Positions 29,071 to 39,163 of a stretch of DNA of 64,000 bases are shown here, piece after piece. The DNA comes from Patescibacteria group bacterium (lineage in GTDB: Bacteria > Patescibacteriota > Microgenomatia > UBA1400 > PJMF01), in assembly GCA_039934415.1 (NCBI GenBank), contig JBDTME010000007.1, positions 3,955 to 67,954 of the forward strand, written 5' to 3'. The first letter of the stretch is position 1; the number at the start of each line of letters is the position of its first letter. Under the pieces are notes generated by a model. That model was given only the letters and a program-made list of their open reading frames with translations, did no database searches and had not been told where the DNA came from. The translations under genes and the position numbers were made by a program.

Positions 29071-29493
29071 TTAGGAAGTATGTGGCCTATTACTTAGAAT
29101 AGCGTTGTAGTTCATGAACGCAGAATTTAACTCTCTTTTAAATAAAAAATACCATTCATCATCATCTCGATCCAAAGGGTGAACAACCTCTTCAAATAAT
29201 TTCCCTAAATACCCCACATCATCTAATGTAATTTCTCTCTCACATAACCATTTCTGAATTATTCCGACGTTCACAATGTATCCGGTAAGTTGCTTAACAG
29301 TGAATTTATTCTCGTTATGTGGCAATTTATAATAGCCGTCATAGATCATTCTTAGTGCTTTCACTAATAGAATTCGGTTTGAATCCTTAGCTACTTCAAT
29401 ACTTCGTTCAGATACTGCACCTATTGGTTTCACAAGAGTCCACTGTTCTGAATCGAATAAACTTTCTGCTGGCATTTCTCCCCTTTCTGTCAA
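29071..29493 (-). CDS. Hypothetical protein
   Basis: 140 aa with no recognisable motif. Preceded by a 290-bp AT-rich intergenic region. Confidence 0.45.
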   Translation of the reverse strand: MTERGEMPAESLFDSEQWTLVKPIGAVSERSIEVAKDSNRILLVKALRMIYDGYYKLPHNENKFTVKQLTGYIVNVGIIQKWLCEREITLDDVGYLGKLFEEVVHPLDRDDDEWYFLFKRELNSAFMNYNAILSNRPHTS

Positions 29494-29649
29494 GCTAATT
29501 TAGAAAGTATAACAGAGGATAAAAAAATTGAGTTAAGGAGAAAATCAGCCTCAGTGTCTCGCTCCGATGTTCGTCTCATTCTGGCTCTTCACGCTTCACC
29601 AGAAATTCGCGAACAGACTTGATCGATTTTAATAGTGTATCGATCAAGT

Positions 29650-30255
29650 CTACATCTCGCGGCGACCTTCGAGTGCTCGAGCGAGCGTCAGTCCATCAGC
29701 ATACTCAATATCAGCACCGATTGGCAACCCATGACCAATTCGAGTAATCTTGACTGGAGCTTTTCCACCTCTACTCGACTGAATCAATTCTTGAATAAAT
29801 AATGCGGTCGCTTCACCTTCCATGGTGGGATTGGTCGCTAAAATTAACTCGTCCACCCCCTCTAACCTTTTGCTCAGATCATAAATGAACAGCTGTTCTG
29901 GTCCAATATTGTTCAGCGGAGCGATTACCCCATGCAATACATGGTAAAGACCGTGAAATTTTTCACTTCTTTCAATTGAAAGGATATCAAACGGTTGCTC
30001 CACAACCATTAAAGAAGTTTGATCACGAGTCACGTCACTACAAATCTCGCAAGGATTTTCTTCACCAACATTGTGACACTGTTCACACATTTGGGTTTGC
30101 AGTTTGAGCTGCGTCAATTTCTGCGCAAACTCTTCCAAGTATGGTTGAGGATGATGCAGCAAGTAAAAAACGATCCGTTGAGCACTCTTAGGCCCAATTC
30201 CCGGTAGTTTTTCAAATTGTTCGATAGTATGACGGACAGCCCGAGGTAATTGCAT
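29650..30255 (-). CDS. recR: Recombination protein RecR
   Basis: HhH (LPGIGPKSAQRIVFYL), a C4 zinc finger (CEQCHNVGEENPCEICSD), and a Toprim domain (ILATNPTMEGEATA). Confidence 0.9.
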   Translation of the reverse strand: MQLPRAVRHTIEQFEKLPGIGPKSAQRIVFYLLHHPQPYLEEFAQKLTQLKLQTQMCEQCHNVGEENPCEICSDVTRDQTSLMVVEQPFDILSIERSEKFHGLYHVLHGVIAPLNNIGPEQLFIYDLSKRLEGVDELILATNPTMEGEATALFIQELIQSSRGGKAPVKITRIGHGLPIGADIEYADGLTLARALEGRREM

Positions 30256-30316
30256 ATAACGAGCATTCTAAACTCACGAGAGTTTTTTGGAAATTAAGAT
30301 TGAGAAATAGAAATAT

Positions 30317-30745
30317 TCACGCTCTCTTGAACACGTACGGTGCATGGAAAGCAAAAACTGGAATACCCACAACCAACATCGCCAATGATTCCGCGATCTG
30401 GCGGCGACGATTTTGGTCAGAACTATTGTAATCCTTTTGTTTTTGTTGCCAATCAGTGTAATCCTTCTGCCATTGGTCAAAATTTTGCCTCTCTTCAGCT
30501 GTTACATTTTCAGGTGGTGTCGTAGCCAGATTGGGATCTTTATACAAATAAGGAGGTGACTCCGGATAATCTCGTACGCCTAACACCTCATTCAAAGCCA
30601 AACGCGAGATATTTACACAGCTAATGACAATTAAAATGAGACCTATCAATGAGGCCAAAACAAAATAAATTTGAACCAAAAGCGGTCGAGATTCAGCAGA
30701 TTTAGTTGAGGTTTTTTTGGCTACCATATTGAACTCCTTGTTCAC
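30317..30745 (-). CDS. Hypothetical membrane protein, Trp/Gln-rich periplasmic segment
   Basis: 142 aa with two TM helices and the segment QNFDQWQKDYTDWQQKQKDYNS. No recognised family. Confidence 0.5.
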   Translation of the reverse strand: MNKEFNMVAKKTSTKSAESRPLLVQIYFVLASLIGLILIVISCVNISRLALNEVLGVRDYPESPPYLYKDPNLATTPPENVTAEERQNFDQWQKDYTDWQQKQKDYNSSDQNRRRQIAESLAMLVVGIPVFAFHAPYVFKRA

Positions 30746-31677
30746 TAATGAACTTTTTCTTGATCTGTCAAAAATCTAAATGATGCAATCATCTGGACCA
30801 TTAAATTGTTCATGACTTGAATATTTTGTGGAGTATCTGCTTGAGCAGTGAGGGAAAAATATGTATCACCCTTTTGCCACAATATCCCAGAATTGAGGTC
30901 ATCATATTGATACATGGTCGCCTCAACACCATCTGCTTTCAATTTTCTAACGACGTCGAGTGGTCCTCCATCAGGATGAGTGTCTGAAACATTGAACTGA
31001 ATGTGCCCAATCTTTTTGGGATTCTTTAGCTGCCACTCAGCCGTACTTACAAATGGATCGTCAGTTTTCAACTCCAGATCAGAAGTGTAACGCAACTTAT
31101 ATCCCCCTGGAAAGTTCACATACCATGATCCGTGCAGATCAGTTTCTTTGGCCGTGGTTTGAAATGTCTTCGTAATGTTTTCGAGCAGATTGAAGTTTTT
31201 TGTATCTGAAGTAGAAAGTTTCAACACTGCTTTCTTTTCTTTATCAACTACAAAAGCAGTCAAAGTATCTTTTCTGTACTCAAAAACACTTGCACCATAT
31301 GCATTTGTCCAGCCAAATTGTTTCTCGTCTTGTTTATCCAGGTCACTTTTATTTTTTTGGAACTCGGCATAACTTAATTTATCAATCACTACTAGGAGTG
31401 GTTCATCAGCTTTGGTTGCACTCACCAAGTGAAAAGTATGATCAACATTGACTGTCTTTAACCCAACAGTATCCGGCCTGTAGAAATTGAAAAGTGACTG
31501 AAAATCAGCCTGCTTTTTCCAAATTGAAAAATTAGCAAAATCGGTCATGCCTTGGGGTAAAAGTAGGTCGGCTTGGGGAATCATAGAGTGCCTAGCACCC
31601 TGGTCAATGTGTAGTAAAGCAAACGCAACAACCGCTAATACAATTCCAGCAATAACAATTTTTTCATTCTTTACCAT
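30745..31677 (-). CDS. Hypothetical membrane-anchored protein
   Basis: 310 aa with an N-terminal TM (IVIAGIVLAVVAFALL) and a beta-rich extracytoplasmic domain. Overlaps the downstream gene by 1 nt. Confidence 0.5.
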   Translation of the reverse strand: MVKNEKIVIAGIVLAVVAFALLHIDQGARHSMIPQADLLLPQGMTDFANFSIWKKQADFQSLFNFYRPDTVGLKTVNVDHTFHLVSATKADEPLLVVIDKLSYAEFQKNKSDLDKQDEKQFGWTNAYGASVFEYRKDTLTAFVVDKEKKAVLKLSTSDTKNFNLLENITKTFQTTAKETDLHGSWYVNFPGGYKLRYTSDLELKTDDPFVSTAEWQLKNPKKIGHIQFNVSDTHPDGGPLDVVRKLKADGVEATMYQYDDLNSGILWQKGDTYFSLTAQADTPQNIQVMNNLMVQMIASFRFLTDQEKVH

Positions 31678-31712
31678 GCATCCATCGTCTCAAGATAAAG
31701 AAGATGTGTCAA

Positions 31713-33113
31713 CTAATAGCGATAATGGTCTGGTTTGAAGGGACCTTTGACATCGACGTTAAGATACTTTGCTTGAGATTCAGTCAATTTATCCAACTTC
31801 ACACCAATTTTTGCCAAGTGTAACCTTGCCACTTCTTCGTCCAATTTTTTTGGCAATCGGTACACACCCACAGGATAATCTTGATAATTTTTGAACAACT
31901 CCAACTGCGCTAACACTTGATTAGAAAAACTATTAGACATCACAAAACTCGGATGACCCGTTCCACACCCCAAATTCACCAATCGACCTTCAGCGAGCAA
32001 AATAATACTTTTTGAAGCTGATACATGAACCAAATCAACTTGAGGTTTGATGTTCGTCCATTTGAATTTTCTCAATTTAGTAACTTGGATCTCAGCGTCA
32101 AAATGACCAATGTTACATACAATTGCTTTATCTTTCATTTGCTTCATGTGCTCAAGAGTTATCACACTCTCACAACCAGTTGCAGTCACAAAAATATCAC
32201 CTATCCTACACGCGTCATCCATCTGCATCACTTCAAAACCTTCCATCGCAGCTTGCAGCGCACAAATTGGATCGATTTCAGTAATGACAATACGAGCACC
32301 TTGACCTTTTAGTGACTGGGCACACCCTTTGCCTACATCACCATAGCCTGCAATCACGGCTACTTTTCCTGACAACATCACATCAGTCGCACGCATAATT
32401 GAATCAACCAATGAATGCCGACAACCATACAAGTTATCAAACTTTGATTTTGTGACTGAGTCATTCACGTTAAAGGCAGGAAAACGTAATTCACCTTTTT
32501 CATGCATCTGATACAACCGATGAACTCCACTTGTGGTCTCTTCACTCACTCCTCGAATCTCACCAATAATGCGATGAAAACGCTTGGGATCTTTTTTCAA
32601 GGAAATTTTTAACTGATTTAATAAATCTTGTTCGTCTTCGCTCTCGACTTTCTTATTGAGTACTTTGGGATCTTCCTCGGCTTGATATCCTAAATGCACG
32701 AATAAAGTCGGATCACCACCGTCATCCAAAATCATATTTGGACCGGTCCCCTTACCCCAATCCAAAGTTTTATCAATAAACTCCCAGTAGTCTTTCAGTG
32801 ACTCACCTTTGTAAGCAAAGACAGTCGTCCCAGCTTTGGCAATTGCCGCAGCAGCATGATCTTGAGTTGAAAAAATATTGCATGACGCCCACCGTACTTC
32901 TGCTCCCAATGCTTGAAGTGTTTCAATTAATACCGCAGTCTGAATGGTCATGTGCAAAGAACCAGTGATGCGAGCACCTTTGAGTGGTTTTTTCTTCCCA
33001 TATTTTTCGCGCAGACTCATCAATCCTGGCATTTCTTGTTCAGCTAGCTCGATTTCCTTGCGTCCCCACTCTGCGAGTTTGATATCTTTCACTATATAGT
33101 CAGTTTTTGGCAT
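31713..33113 (-). CDS. ahcY: Adenosylhomocysteinase (S-adenosyl-L-homocysteine hydrolase)
   Basis: [32 protein letters not shown] is the canonical SAHH N-terminus, and [10 protein letters not shown] is the NAD-binding motif. The start is set to the ATG preceded by AAAGGAA; the ORF track begins 9 codons upstream at 33140. Confidence 0.9.
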   Translation of the reverse strand: MPKTDYIVKDIKLAEWGRKEIELAEQEMPGLMSLREKYGKKKPLKGARITGSLHMTIQTAVLIETLQALGAEVRWASCNIFSTQDHAAAAIAKAGTTVFAYKGESLKDYWEFIDKTLDWGKGTGPNMILDDGGDPTLFVHLGYQAEEDPKVLNKKVESEDEQDLLNQLKISLKKDPKRFHRIIGEIRGVSEETTSGVHRLYQMHEKGELRFPAFNVNDSVTKSKFDNLYGCRHSLVDSIMRATDVMLSGKVAVIAGYGDVGKGCAQSLKGQGARIVITEIDPICALQAAMEGFEVMQMDDACRIGDIFVTATGCESVITLEHMKQMKDKAIVCNIGHFDAEIQVTKLRKFKWTNIKPQVDLVHVSASKSIILLAEGRLVNLGCGTGHPSFVMSNSFSNQVLAQLELFKNYQDYPVGVYRLPKKLDEEVARLHLAKIGVKLDKLTESQAKYLNVDVKGPFKPDHYRY

Positions 33114-33136
33114 ATGTTCCTTTTTTAAAATATTTT

Positions 33137-34081
33137 TCAAACTTTTAACTTCACGTTGAATTTATACTGCTTTATGGCCATCTTCGCAATTTGCGAATTA
33201 GTAAAGCTATGTACTTGCGTACCATGTTTTTGAATCGCGAAAGTTGCGACAATCGAACCAAGTTGAACGCACTCACTGATTGACCAGTTGCGCATGTAAC
33301 CGAATAAGAATCCCGCCCGATAGGCATCGCCAGCACCGGTAGGATCGATTACTTTTTTGACAGGCACTGCTTCTATCTCGGTTTTTTTACCTTGATCAAA
33401 AACCAGAGAGCCTTTTTCACCTAAAGTAATGATGACTACAGGAATTTTTTTCACTAATTCACTTTGGGACATACCAGTTTTTTGTTCAACGACACTCATC
33501 TCATAATCATTCACAATGAGCAACTCAGCACCAGCAATTCCCGCTTTGACATCTGCGTCTGGCACATTACTCACCTGCTGACCTATGTCGTAAAAATAGC
33601 GGAACTTGCGTTGGCGAGCTTCTTTGACTTGTTTAGCCATCGTTTTGGGATCATGTGGAGAAATGACCAAAAAATCTTTTTGAGCATCGAAGGATTCAAA
33701 AGTTAAAGTAGCGGCATCACCCATCGCCCCTGGGTAAAACCCACCTACTTGGCAATCTGCTTGGTCGGTCATTACTGTAAAACTCGCAGTTGGTTTTTGG
33801 GAAAAATGAACAAACGAAGTGTTGACACCAATTTTTTTTAAATCAGCCATATATGCTTTGGCATCATTACCAACTGAACCCAATAACACAGGTTTCTCAC
33901 CTAACAACGCCAAATTATATGCAATATTCGCAGCAATCCCACCACGTGTATCTACTAAATGATCCACAAGAACACTCAACGACAGCACATGCAACTTGTC
34001 GGGTTGAATGATATCGGCATATTTACCAGGGAAATTTAAAATTCGATCAACTGCAATTGAACCAGTGAGAATTAAACGCAT
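33137..34081 (-). CDS. PfkB-family carbohydrate/nucleoside kinase (likely adenosine kinase)
   Basis: C-terminal [13 protein letters not shown] (the PfkB anion-hole/GAGD motif) and an N-terminal GG pair ([11 protein letters not shown]). Adjacent to ahcY, which suggests adenosine salvage. Confidence 0.75.
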   Translation of the reverse strand: MRLILTGSIAVDRILNFPGKYADIIQPDKLHVLSLSVLVDHLVDTRGGIAANIAYNLALLGEKPVLLGSVGNDAKAYMADLKKIGVNTSFVHFSQKPTASFTVMTDQADCQVGGFYPGAMGDAATLTFESFDAQKDFLVISPHDPKTMAKQVKEARQRKFRYFYDIGQQVSNVPDADVKAGIAGAELLIVNDYEMSVVEQKTGMSQSELVKKIPVVIITLGEKGSLVFDQGKKTEIEAVPVKKVIDPTGAGDAYRAGFLFGYMRNWSISECVQLGSIVATFAIQKHGTQVHSFTNSQIAKMAIKQYKFNVKLKV

Positions 34082-34110
34082 GCAGCAAGTATATATTAAA
34101 TGTGAAAAAA

Positions 34111-34407
34111 TTAAGCAGCTTTATTTCCGCCACCCAACATGCCACCCAATCCACCAGTCATAGATTGCAGTTTTTTGGCTGCGAGCTCTTGAGATTTTTT
34201 GATTGCTTCATTCAAAACATCAATTGCATCTTGTGAACTTATGCCTTGGACACTGAACTGACGAATTTTTTGATCACCGGAGATGACGACTACAATATCA
34301 CCACGTTCAACAGTTATTTCTTCAGCCGCTAGATCCTGCTGCATCTGCTGAGCCTGTTTACGCAACTGATTGAGATCCCCGAGTGCTTTAAATGGATTAC
34401 CTGCCAT
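34111..34407 (-). CDS. ybaB: Nucleoid-associated protein YbaB/EbfC
   Basis: 98 aa. LNQLRKQAQQMQQDLAAEEITVERGDIVVVISGDQKI, with a Gly-rich C-terminus typical of YbaB. Sits between dnaX and (displaced) recR. Confidence 0.85.
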   Translation of the reverse strand: MAGNPFKALGDLNQLRKQAQQMQQDLAAEEITVERGDIVVVISGDQKIRQFSVQGISSQDAIDVLNEAIKKSQELAAKKLQSMTGGLGGMLGGGNKAA

Positions 34408-34468
34408 AACTACCTTTCTTTTATCAAATTAAACTGGATTATATCAGATATACGAATATATAAATTTT

Positions 34469-36049
34469 TTACATCAGCGCTTCTTCAATCACTGTCGCAA
34501 ACTCTTTATCTACATTGCCTCGCACGTTATCATCAGTGACTTTTTGAGCATTAGGTTCTGATAAGACATACTCAAACCGAATATGTCCTCCCAACAATTC
34601 ATGTATTGCTTCCTCGACAATTGTCCGATATCGTTGAAGTTCTAACTGCTCTTTGTGAAAACTGTAAAATACTTTTATGGTGGCTTTGCCATGTTCTCCA
34701 GCCGCAAATTGGGCACTTCTTAAAATTGCTTCTAAAGACAAGTTATGTTTCCCAATTGCCTTTAACAACTCCTGCCATTTTTGACCAATTAGTGAACCAT
34801 CAATTGAAGGTTGATTAGTCTCGACAACATCTACACTGAGCGTGAGGGTCGTTTCTTTTTTCGGCGCCACTATCTCAAATTCAACTTTTTCACTTACTGA
34901 AACAACTGATACTTCAGATTTTGGAGCCGTAGTCTTCTGTTGAACAACCGCTTCAACCTTTTGTTTACTCGAGGAGCCACCCACTTTTCCCTTCTCCTTA
35001 CTTTTCAGCACCATTTCGATTGCACACAGCTCTAATGGCAAAGATGGAATTGGATGCATTAGTGGAATTTCCACTGCAGAAAACTGTTTGAGAAAAAAGA
35101 GTAGTATTTCCTTACGAGTAAAAGGCTCTTCCGTTGCATTAAAAGACTTGACTAATTCTTGATGTAAGAAAGTCAAAATCTGTTTATGAATAATGATTGG
35201 ATCGATTTGTTGACTGCGAGTGGTTTGAAAAAAAGAAATAATATCGAGTTCATTCTTGGCTAAAATTGAATCGAATAATTTTTTGACACCGGTAATTGAG
35301 ATTGTTGAGACGTATTGCAATAACCATTCAACCGTAATCTGGATTGAGTCAACTTGGGCTCGACTCGCCAACTGTTCAAATAATTTAACGGCATCACGAA
35401 AACTACCATCTGCTGTTTGTGCAAGGAGTTCAAGACTAGATTGATCAACTGAAATCTTCTCCTTCTCCGCTATCTCACTCAACGCTGTACTGAGTTCAGC
35501 AAAGCTTGCTCTTGTAAATTGGACACGAGTTGTTCGAGATAAAATGGTCTCAGGAATTTTTTGGGGGTCCGTTGTGGCAAAGATAAAAACGACGTGTTCA
35601 GGTGGTTCTTCCAACATTTTCAAGAGCGCATTAAAAGCCTCTTTTGTCAGCATGTGCACTTCATCAATAATATAAACTGATTTTTTACCTTGAGCTGGAG
35701 GCATGTACAAACGTTCTTTTAATTGACGAATATCATCAATACGCCGATTACTTGCTCCATCCATTTCAACTACATTCAGCGCGCCTCCCGTAGTGATTTC
35801 TAGACACATCGAACATTCGTTGCACGGCTCAGAGAATGGAGCGCCATCCTTACGCTTCACATTTTTTTCACAATTTAATACCTTGGCAATGATTCGCGCT
35901 GAAGAAGTTTTCCCCGTGCCCTTAGGACCAGTAAACAGCAATGCTTGTGGAATATTTCCAGACTTAAGCATGTTTAGCAGAGTCTCACGAACACTCGTGA
36001 TGTGTAATCCTGCAACAGTTTGGGGGCGATAAGTTCGATACCAAGACAT
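34469..36049 (-). CDS. dnaX: DNA polymerase III subunit gamma/tau
   Basis: MSWYRTYRPQTVAGL...ALLFTGPKGTGKTSSARIIAK (Walker A), a zinc module (CNECSMC), and SRT/sensor motifs. Confidence 0.9.
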   Translation of the reverse strand: MSWYRTYRPQTVAGLHITSVRETLLNMLKSGNIPQALLFTGPKGTGKTSSARIIAKVLNCEKNVKRKDGAPFSEPCNECSMCLEITTGGALNVVEMDGASNRRIDDIRQLKERLYMPPAQGKKSVYIIDEVHMLTKEAFNALLKMLEEPPEHVVFIFATTDPQKIPETILSRTTRVQFTRASFAELSTALSEIAEKEKISVDQSSLELLAQTADGSFRDAVKLFEQLASRAQVDSIQITVEWLLQYVSTISITGVKKLFDSILAKNELDIISFFQTTRSQQIDPIIIHKQILTFLHQELVKSFNATEEPFTRKEILLFFLKQFSAVEIPLMHPIPSLPLELCAIEMVLKSKEKGKVGGSSSKQKVEAVVQQKTTAPKSEVSVVSVSEKVEFEIVAPKKETTLTLSVDVVETNQPSIDGSLIGQKWQELLKAIGKHNLSLEAILRSAQFAAGEHGKATIKVFYSFHKEQLELQRYRTIVEEAIHELLGGHIRFEYVLSEPNAQKVTDDNVRGNVDKEFATVIEEALM

Positions 36050-36177
36050 GAGGTTATATTTTCAATTTCTAATTTTTAATACTCAAAAAAATACACGAAC
36101 ACATGAACAAATCATTGAAATGAAGTTTTCCCACTATAGCACAATTGTCATATTTCGACTGTTATAATAACTTCACG

Positions 36178-36867
36178 ATGTCAGATAAAGAACCCACTCA
36201 AAATCAACCTCCTCAGAAAGATCTCGATCAACAGATTGAGAAAGAAATGGCAATAATTGACCAATTACTTGCTAAACTAAAGTTCTTTGAAGAAACTAAT
36301 CCTCCAAATGACAATGTTGACCGTGCGTTTGCATGCATTGACGAAGTCATTGATCAAAAACAAACAGAATATCGACAAAAGCTCATTGATAATAAGGTGT
36401 TAGTAACTTACCACGGTTCTTTACAATTTAATGATCCACGGAACCTCGATCTTGATCTCGTTTTTACTGCAGTTGATGAAAGTTCCTTAGCACTAGTAAA
36501 TAATACGATCGATAAGCTTGAGGCTGAGTGTGAACAGATCGATAACTGGCCTACATTAGGTAATAATCAAGGACATTGCGATACGAACTTTAATCGCTTT
36601 TCAATAGAGCAGGTGGAAATTGATTTAAAAAGAATGAGTATAGAAAACAAAGTAATTGATCCCGAGTATGACTTTATTGATCTTTACGTGGGTATATTAC
36701 TTTCTTCAAAAGTGCTTTTTCCAGAGCAAGAAGTTTTATTTGAAATATTTCAACAAAAAGCAAAATCTTATCTGCATCAATCAACCGTTTTGCGAAAAGC
36801 TATAACAGAACTACTTGAAGATATCTTAAAGACTAGACAAGAGAGAAAAAGAGCAAAGAATTCCTAA
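36178..36867 (+). CDS. Nucleotidyltransferase-fold protein (Pol-beta-like NTase superfamily), hypothetical
   Basis: YHGSLQFNDPRNLDLDLVF fits the hG[GS]x9-13DxD NTase motif, followed by a helical C-terminal domain. The start is set to ATG 36178, directly after a TATAAT box; the ORF track starts at TTG 36145. Confidence 0.5.
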   Translation: MSDKEPTQNQPPQKDLDQQIEKEMAIIDQLLAKLKFFEETNPPNDNVDRAFACIDEVIDQKQTEYRQKLIDNKVLVTYHGSLQFNDPRNLDLDLVFTAVDESSLALVNNTIDKLEAECEQIDNWPTLGNNQGHCDTNFNRFSIEQVEIDLKRMSIENKVIDPEYDFIDLYVGILLSSKVLFPEQEVLFEIFQQKAKSYLHQSTVLRKAITELLEDILKTRQERKRAKNS

Positions 36868-36872
36868 ATTAC

Positions 36873-37277
36873 CTAGACGTCTTCCTGATAATGCTTCCCG
36901 AGAAGGTGGTAGATACTGTGATCAATGTAGTAATTGATCAACTCATCAACGAGTTTATTTTTTTTGGCTGCTTCTTGAATTAAGACTGGATAACACAATA
37001 CGATATCACCGTAATGAGGGACAGCACCTTCTGGATTAGGAAAAGTTTTCCCTTCAGTTGGGTCGCGCTGCGTGAATGATAAGACATTTGTAGGGCCATC
37101 TTTTTCTCGTAACTTATTCAACTCTTTCATCTTCCGCTTCCCTACAATCGAGATATCAACCCAAGCCGAATTTATATGATGTTTATGAAAAGAATCCACT
37201 GCAGTTTTCCGCACCGCTTTTCGATCCACGATAAACCGCGAACCTACTGAAATATTGACTACAAAATTTTTTGACAT
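36873..37277 (-). CDS. ybeY: Endoribonuclease YbeY (rRNA maturation factor)
   Basis: C-terminal IDHSIYHLLGKHYQED matches the YbeY H..H....H zinc motif (HGxLHLLGYDH). The ORF-track N-terminal 16 aa translate the upstream terminator hairpin, so the start is moved to ATG 37277 (MSKNFVVNISVG). Confidence 0.7.
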   Translation of the reverse strand: MSKNFVVNISVGSRFIVDRKAVRKTAVDSFHKHHINSAWVDISIVGKRKMKELNKLREKDGPTNVLSFTQRDPTEGKTFPNPEGAVPHYGDIVLCYPVLIQEAAKKNKLVDELINYYIDHSIYHLLGKHYQEDV

Positions 37278-37311
37278 AATAAATGAGAACTTTATTTTAC
37301 ACCTAAAACCC

Positions 37312-37345
37312 AAAAACCCCGACATACATCGGGGCTTTTATTTTT
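37312..37345. terminator. Intrinsic terminator between rpsU and ybeY
   Basis: ccccga-cataca-tcgggg: a 6-bp GC-rich stem with T-runs on both flanks, so it is usable in both orientations. Confidence 0.6.
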
Positions 37346-37532
37346 TATACACTGCTTATTGAACATCTAAGATCAAGGTTTTATTCACAACCCCACTCTT
37401 CTATTTAGTGAATATTTAGAACTGAGAGATTATTTATAAAATGCTCAATCAAACATGTAACGTGCTGCAATCGAACGTAGTGAAGATTGCGGAACATTTT
37501 AAATAATCTTGAAGGATTAAATATTCATGCAA

Positions 37533-37751
37533 TTACTTCATCCCTTTTGGACTTGCTCGTTGAATCAAACGCATTCTACGCTTTTGGCGCTTCTGCTCGT
37601 TATATTTAATATTTTTGACTGCGGAAGGTTTGAAGTGAAACTCTCGATTTTTGGCATTTTCGAGCACCTCAGCAACAGCAACAATTTTCTTAAATTTTTT
37701 GATTACATCACTAGTATTATCGTTTTTCTTGGCTCGGACGACGATAGGCAT
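37533..37751 (-). CDS. rpsU: 30S ribosomal protein S21
   Basis: MPIVVRAKKNDNTSDVIKKFKKIVAVAEVLENAKNREFHFKPSAVKNI...RQKRRMR matches bS21. The start is moved to the internal ATG (ORF-track start 37790). Confidence 0.8.
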   Translation of the reverse strand: MPIVVRAKKNDNTSDVIKKFKKIVAVAEVLENAKNREFHFKPSAVKNIKYNEQKRQKRRMRLIQRASPKGMK

Positions 37752-37870
37752 AAATGAAAACACCCCCTTCGGGAACTTGATCCCACTCATGGGGGGAAAA
37801 AGTTAAACTAAATTACCAGATCTGGATTATACGCCAAAAACAGGCATACCACAAGATTAGAGAAGAAGCC

Positions 37871-38761
37871 TTAATTCAGTGTCTGCTTGGCTAATTCGAT
37901 CAATTCCGGCAAGGTTAAAGGTGTCGCCACTTTATTGGCTGACTTTTCAGAGCCATTGAGAAGCATTTTCTTCGAAGCATGAAAGTACCAGGTGCCAATC
38001 TTGTCCTTGGCCATCACGGCGTCGGCCAAAGGCGTCAAATCCAGGCTATCAATCGGAATCCCTTTGATCCGGGCGTGAAACTCATCAGGATCCTTCTTGA
38101 TCACAACAGCATAGCCAGATTTTTGAGCAAATTTGATGACAGTGTCGTTATTCGTCTCGATTCCCACACCTTTCCCCCACTTTGTCGTGAACTCTACTCC
38201 TCGTTTTAAGATCTGTTCTGCCTTTGTCGTTTCCTCAAGTTTTTTGTACACACCTTGTAAACATTTCATCCCAAATGCAAGCTGCGTTTCGTCAGTGTGC
38301 AAACCTGCTCGCTGGAGTCCATCCAAAATTGCATCCAACATAAAAGCGTACCGGGCATCGTTGGCTTCTGGCCAAAAACAGTCGGCAAAATGGTCAATAT
38401 CAGTCACAATACGAACCAGCTCTTTTAGAGCTAAGTCGGTTTTTAACTCTGGATGAAGAGTGCAACAATGATCATAGGTTAACGAAGTAGCCGAAATGTG
38501 TTGTAATCCTCGATCTTTTTGATGGTGATCAAACTCCCCCAATCCAGTGTCAGTATGGGTTATTACCTCAAAATCAGCTGATGTGTAGCCCAAATCAAGA
38601 ATCTTCTCTTCTGTAATTATCTGCCCAGGATCCACAAATCCCACCTTGGCATCAGCATAATGTTGATTGTCAAAAGTCTTGAGCATCCAGACTGAAGAAA
38701 TCGCATCCAAATCAGGAGCATGGTGAGTTACAAGGAGACGCATGAGGAGATTATAGCTCAA
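37871..38761 (-). CDS. DHH-family phosphoesterase (NrnA-like)
   Basis: VTHHAPDLDAISSVWML (DHH motifs I-II) and ITHTDTGLGEFDHH (motif III-like); 296 aa. Confidence 0.7.
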   Translation of the reverse strand: MSYNLLMRLLVTHHAPDLDAISSVWMLKTFDNQHYADAKVGFVDPGQIITEEKILDLGYTSADFEVITHTDTGLGEFDHHQKDRGLQHISATSLTYDHCCTLHPELKTDLALKELVRIVTDIDHFADCFWPEANDARYAFMLDAILDGLQRAGLHTDETQLAFGMKCLQGVYKKLEETTKAEQILKRGVEFTTKWGKGVGIETNNDTVIKFAQKSGYAVVIKKDPDEFHARIKGIPIDSLDLTPLADAVMAKDKIGTWYFHASKKMLLNGSEKSANKVATPLTLPELIELAKQTLN

Positions 38762-39157
38762 TTACTGACAGACACCACCATTATTCAACACCAGTTGATC
38801 TTCTGTTAAGAAAGTTCTATCCACTTCTTTTTCATCCAAAAAGGCTTTGAAATCGTCCATCACAACATTCAATTCCCCACAATAATCTATTTGAATCTTA
38901 TTTATTTTATAGTTAAAGCTAACTGTGGCAGAAGATAATTGGGCAGGTAAATGGGGTCTAACAGCTGTTTCGATACTTAGAGTTAAAGCACCTGTCGGAG
39001 TGGGCTCTGCAATTGCACCCGTACTTTCATTAGACTCAACCTGGGATTGAATTTGACTGAATCTTTTATTCCGTTGAACTTGGGTATAGAGAGCAAGAAC
39101 GGAAATAGCAGTAATAGATATTATGGTGATTACAATGATGACTTTCATTTTTTTCAT
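38762..39157 (-). CDS. Hypothetical small membrane-anchored protein
   Basis: 131 aa with an N-terminal TM (VIIVITIISITAISVLALY) and two Cys in the C-terminal domain. Directly downstream of the large Cys-rich protein. Confidence 0.45.
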   Translation of the reverse strand: MKKMKVIIVITIISITAISVLALYTQVQRNKRFSQIQSQVESNESTGAIAEPTPTGALTLSIETAVRPHLPAQLSSATVSFNYKINKIQIDYCGELNVVMDDFKAFLDEKEVDRTFLTEDQLVLNNGGVCQ

Positions 39158-39163
39158 TTTCGA

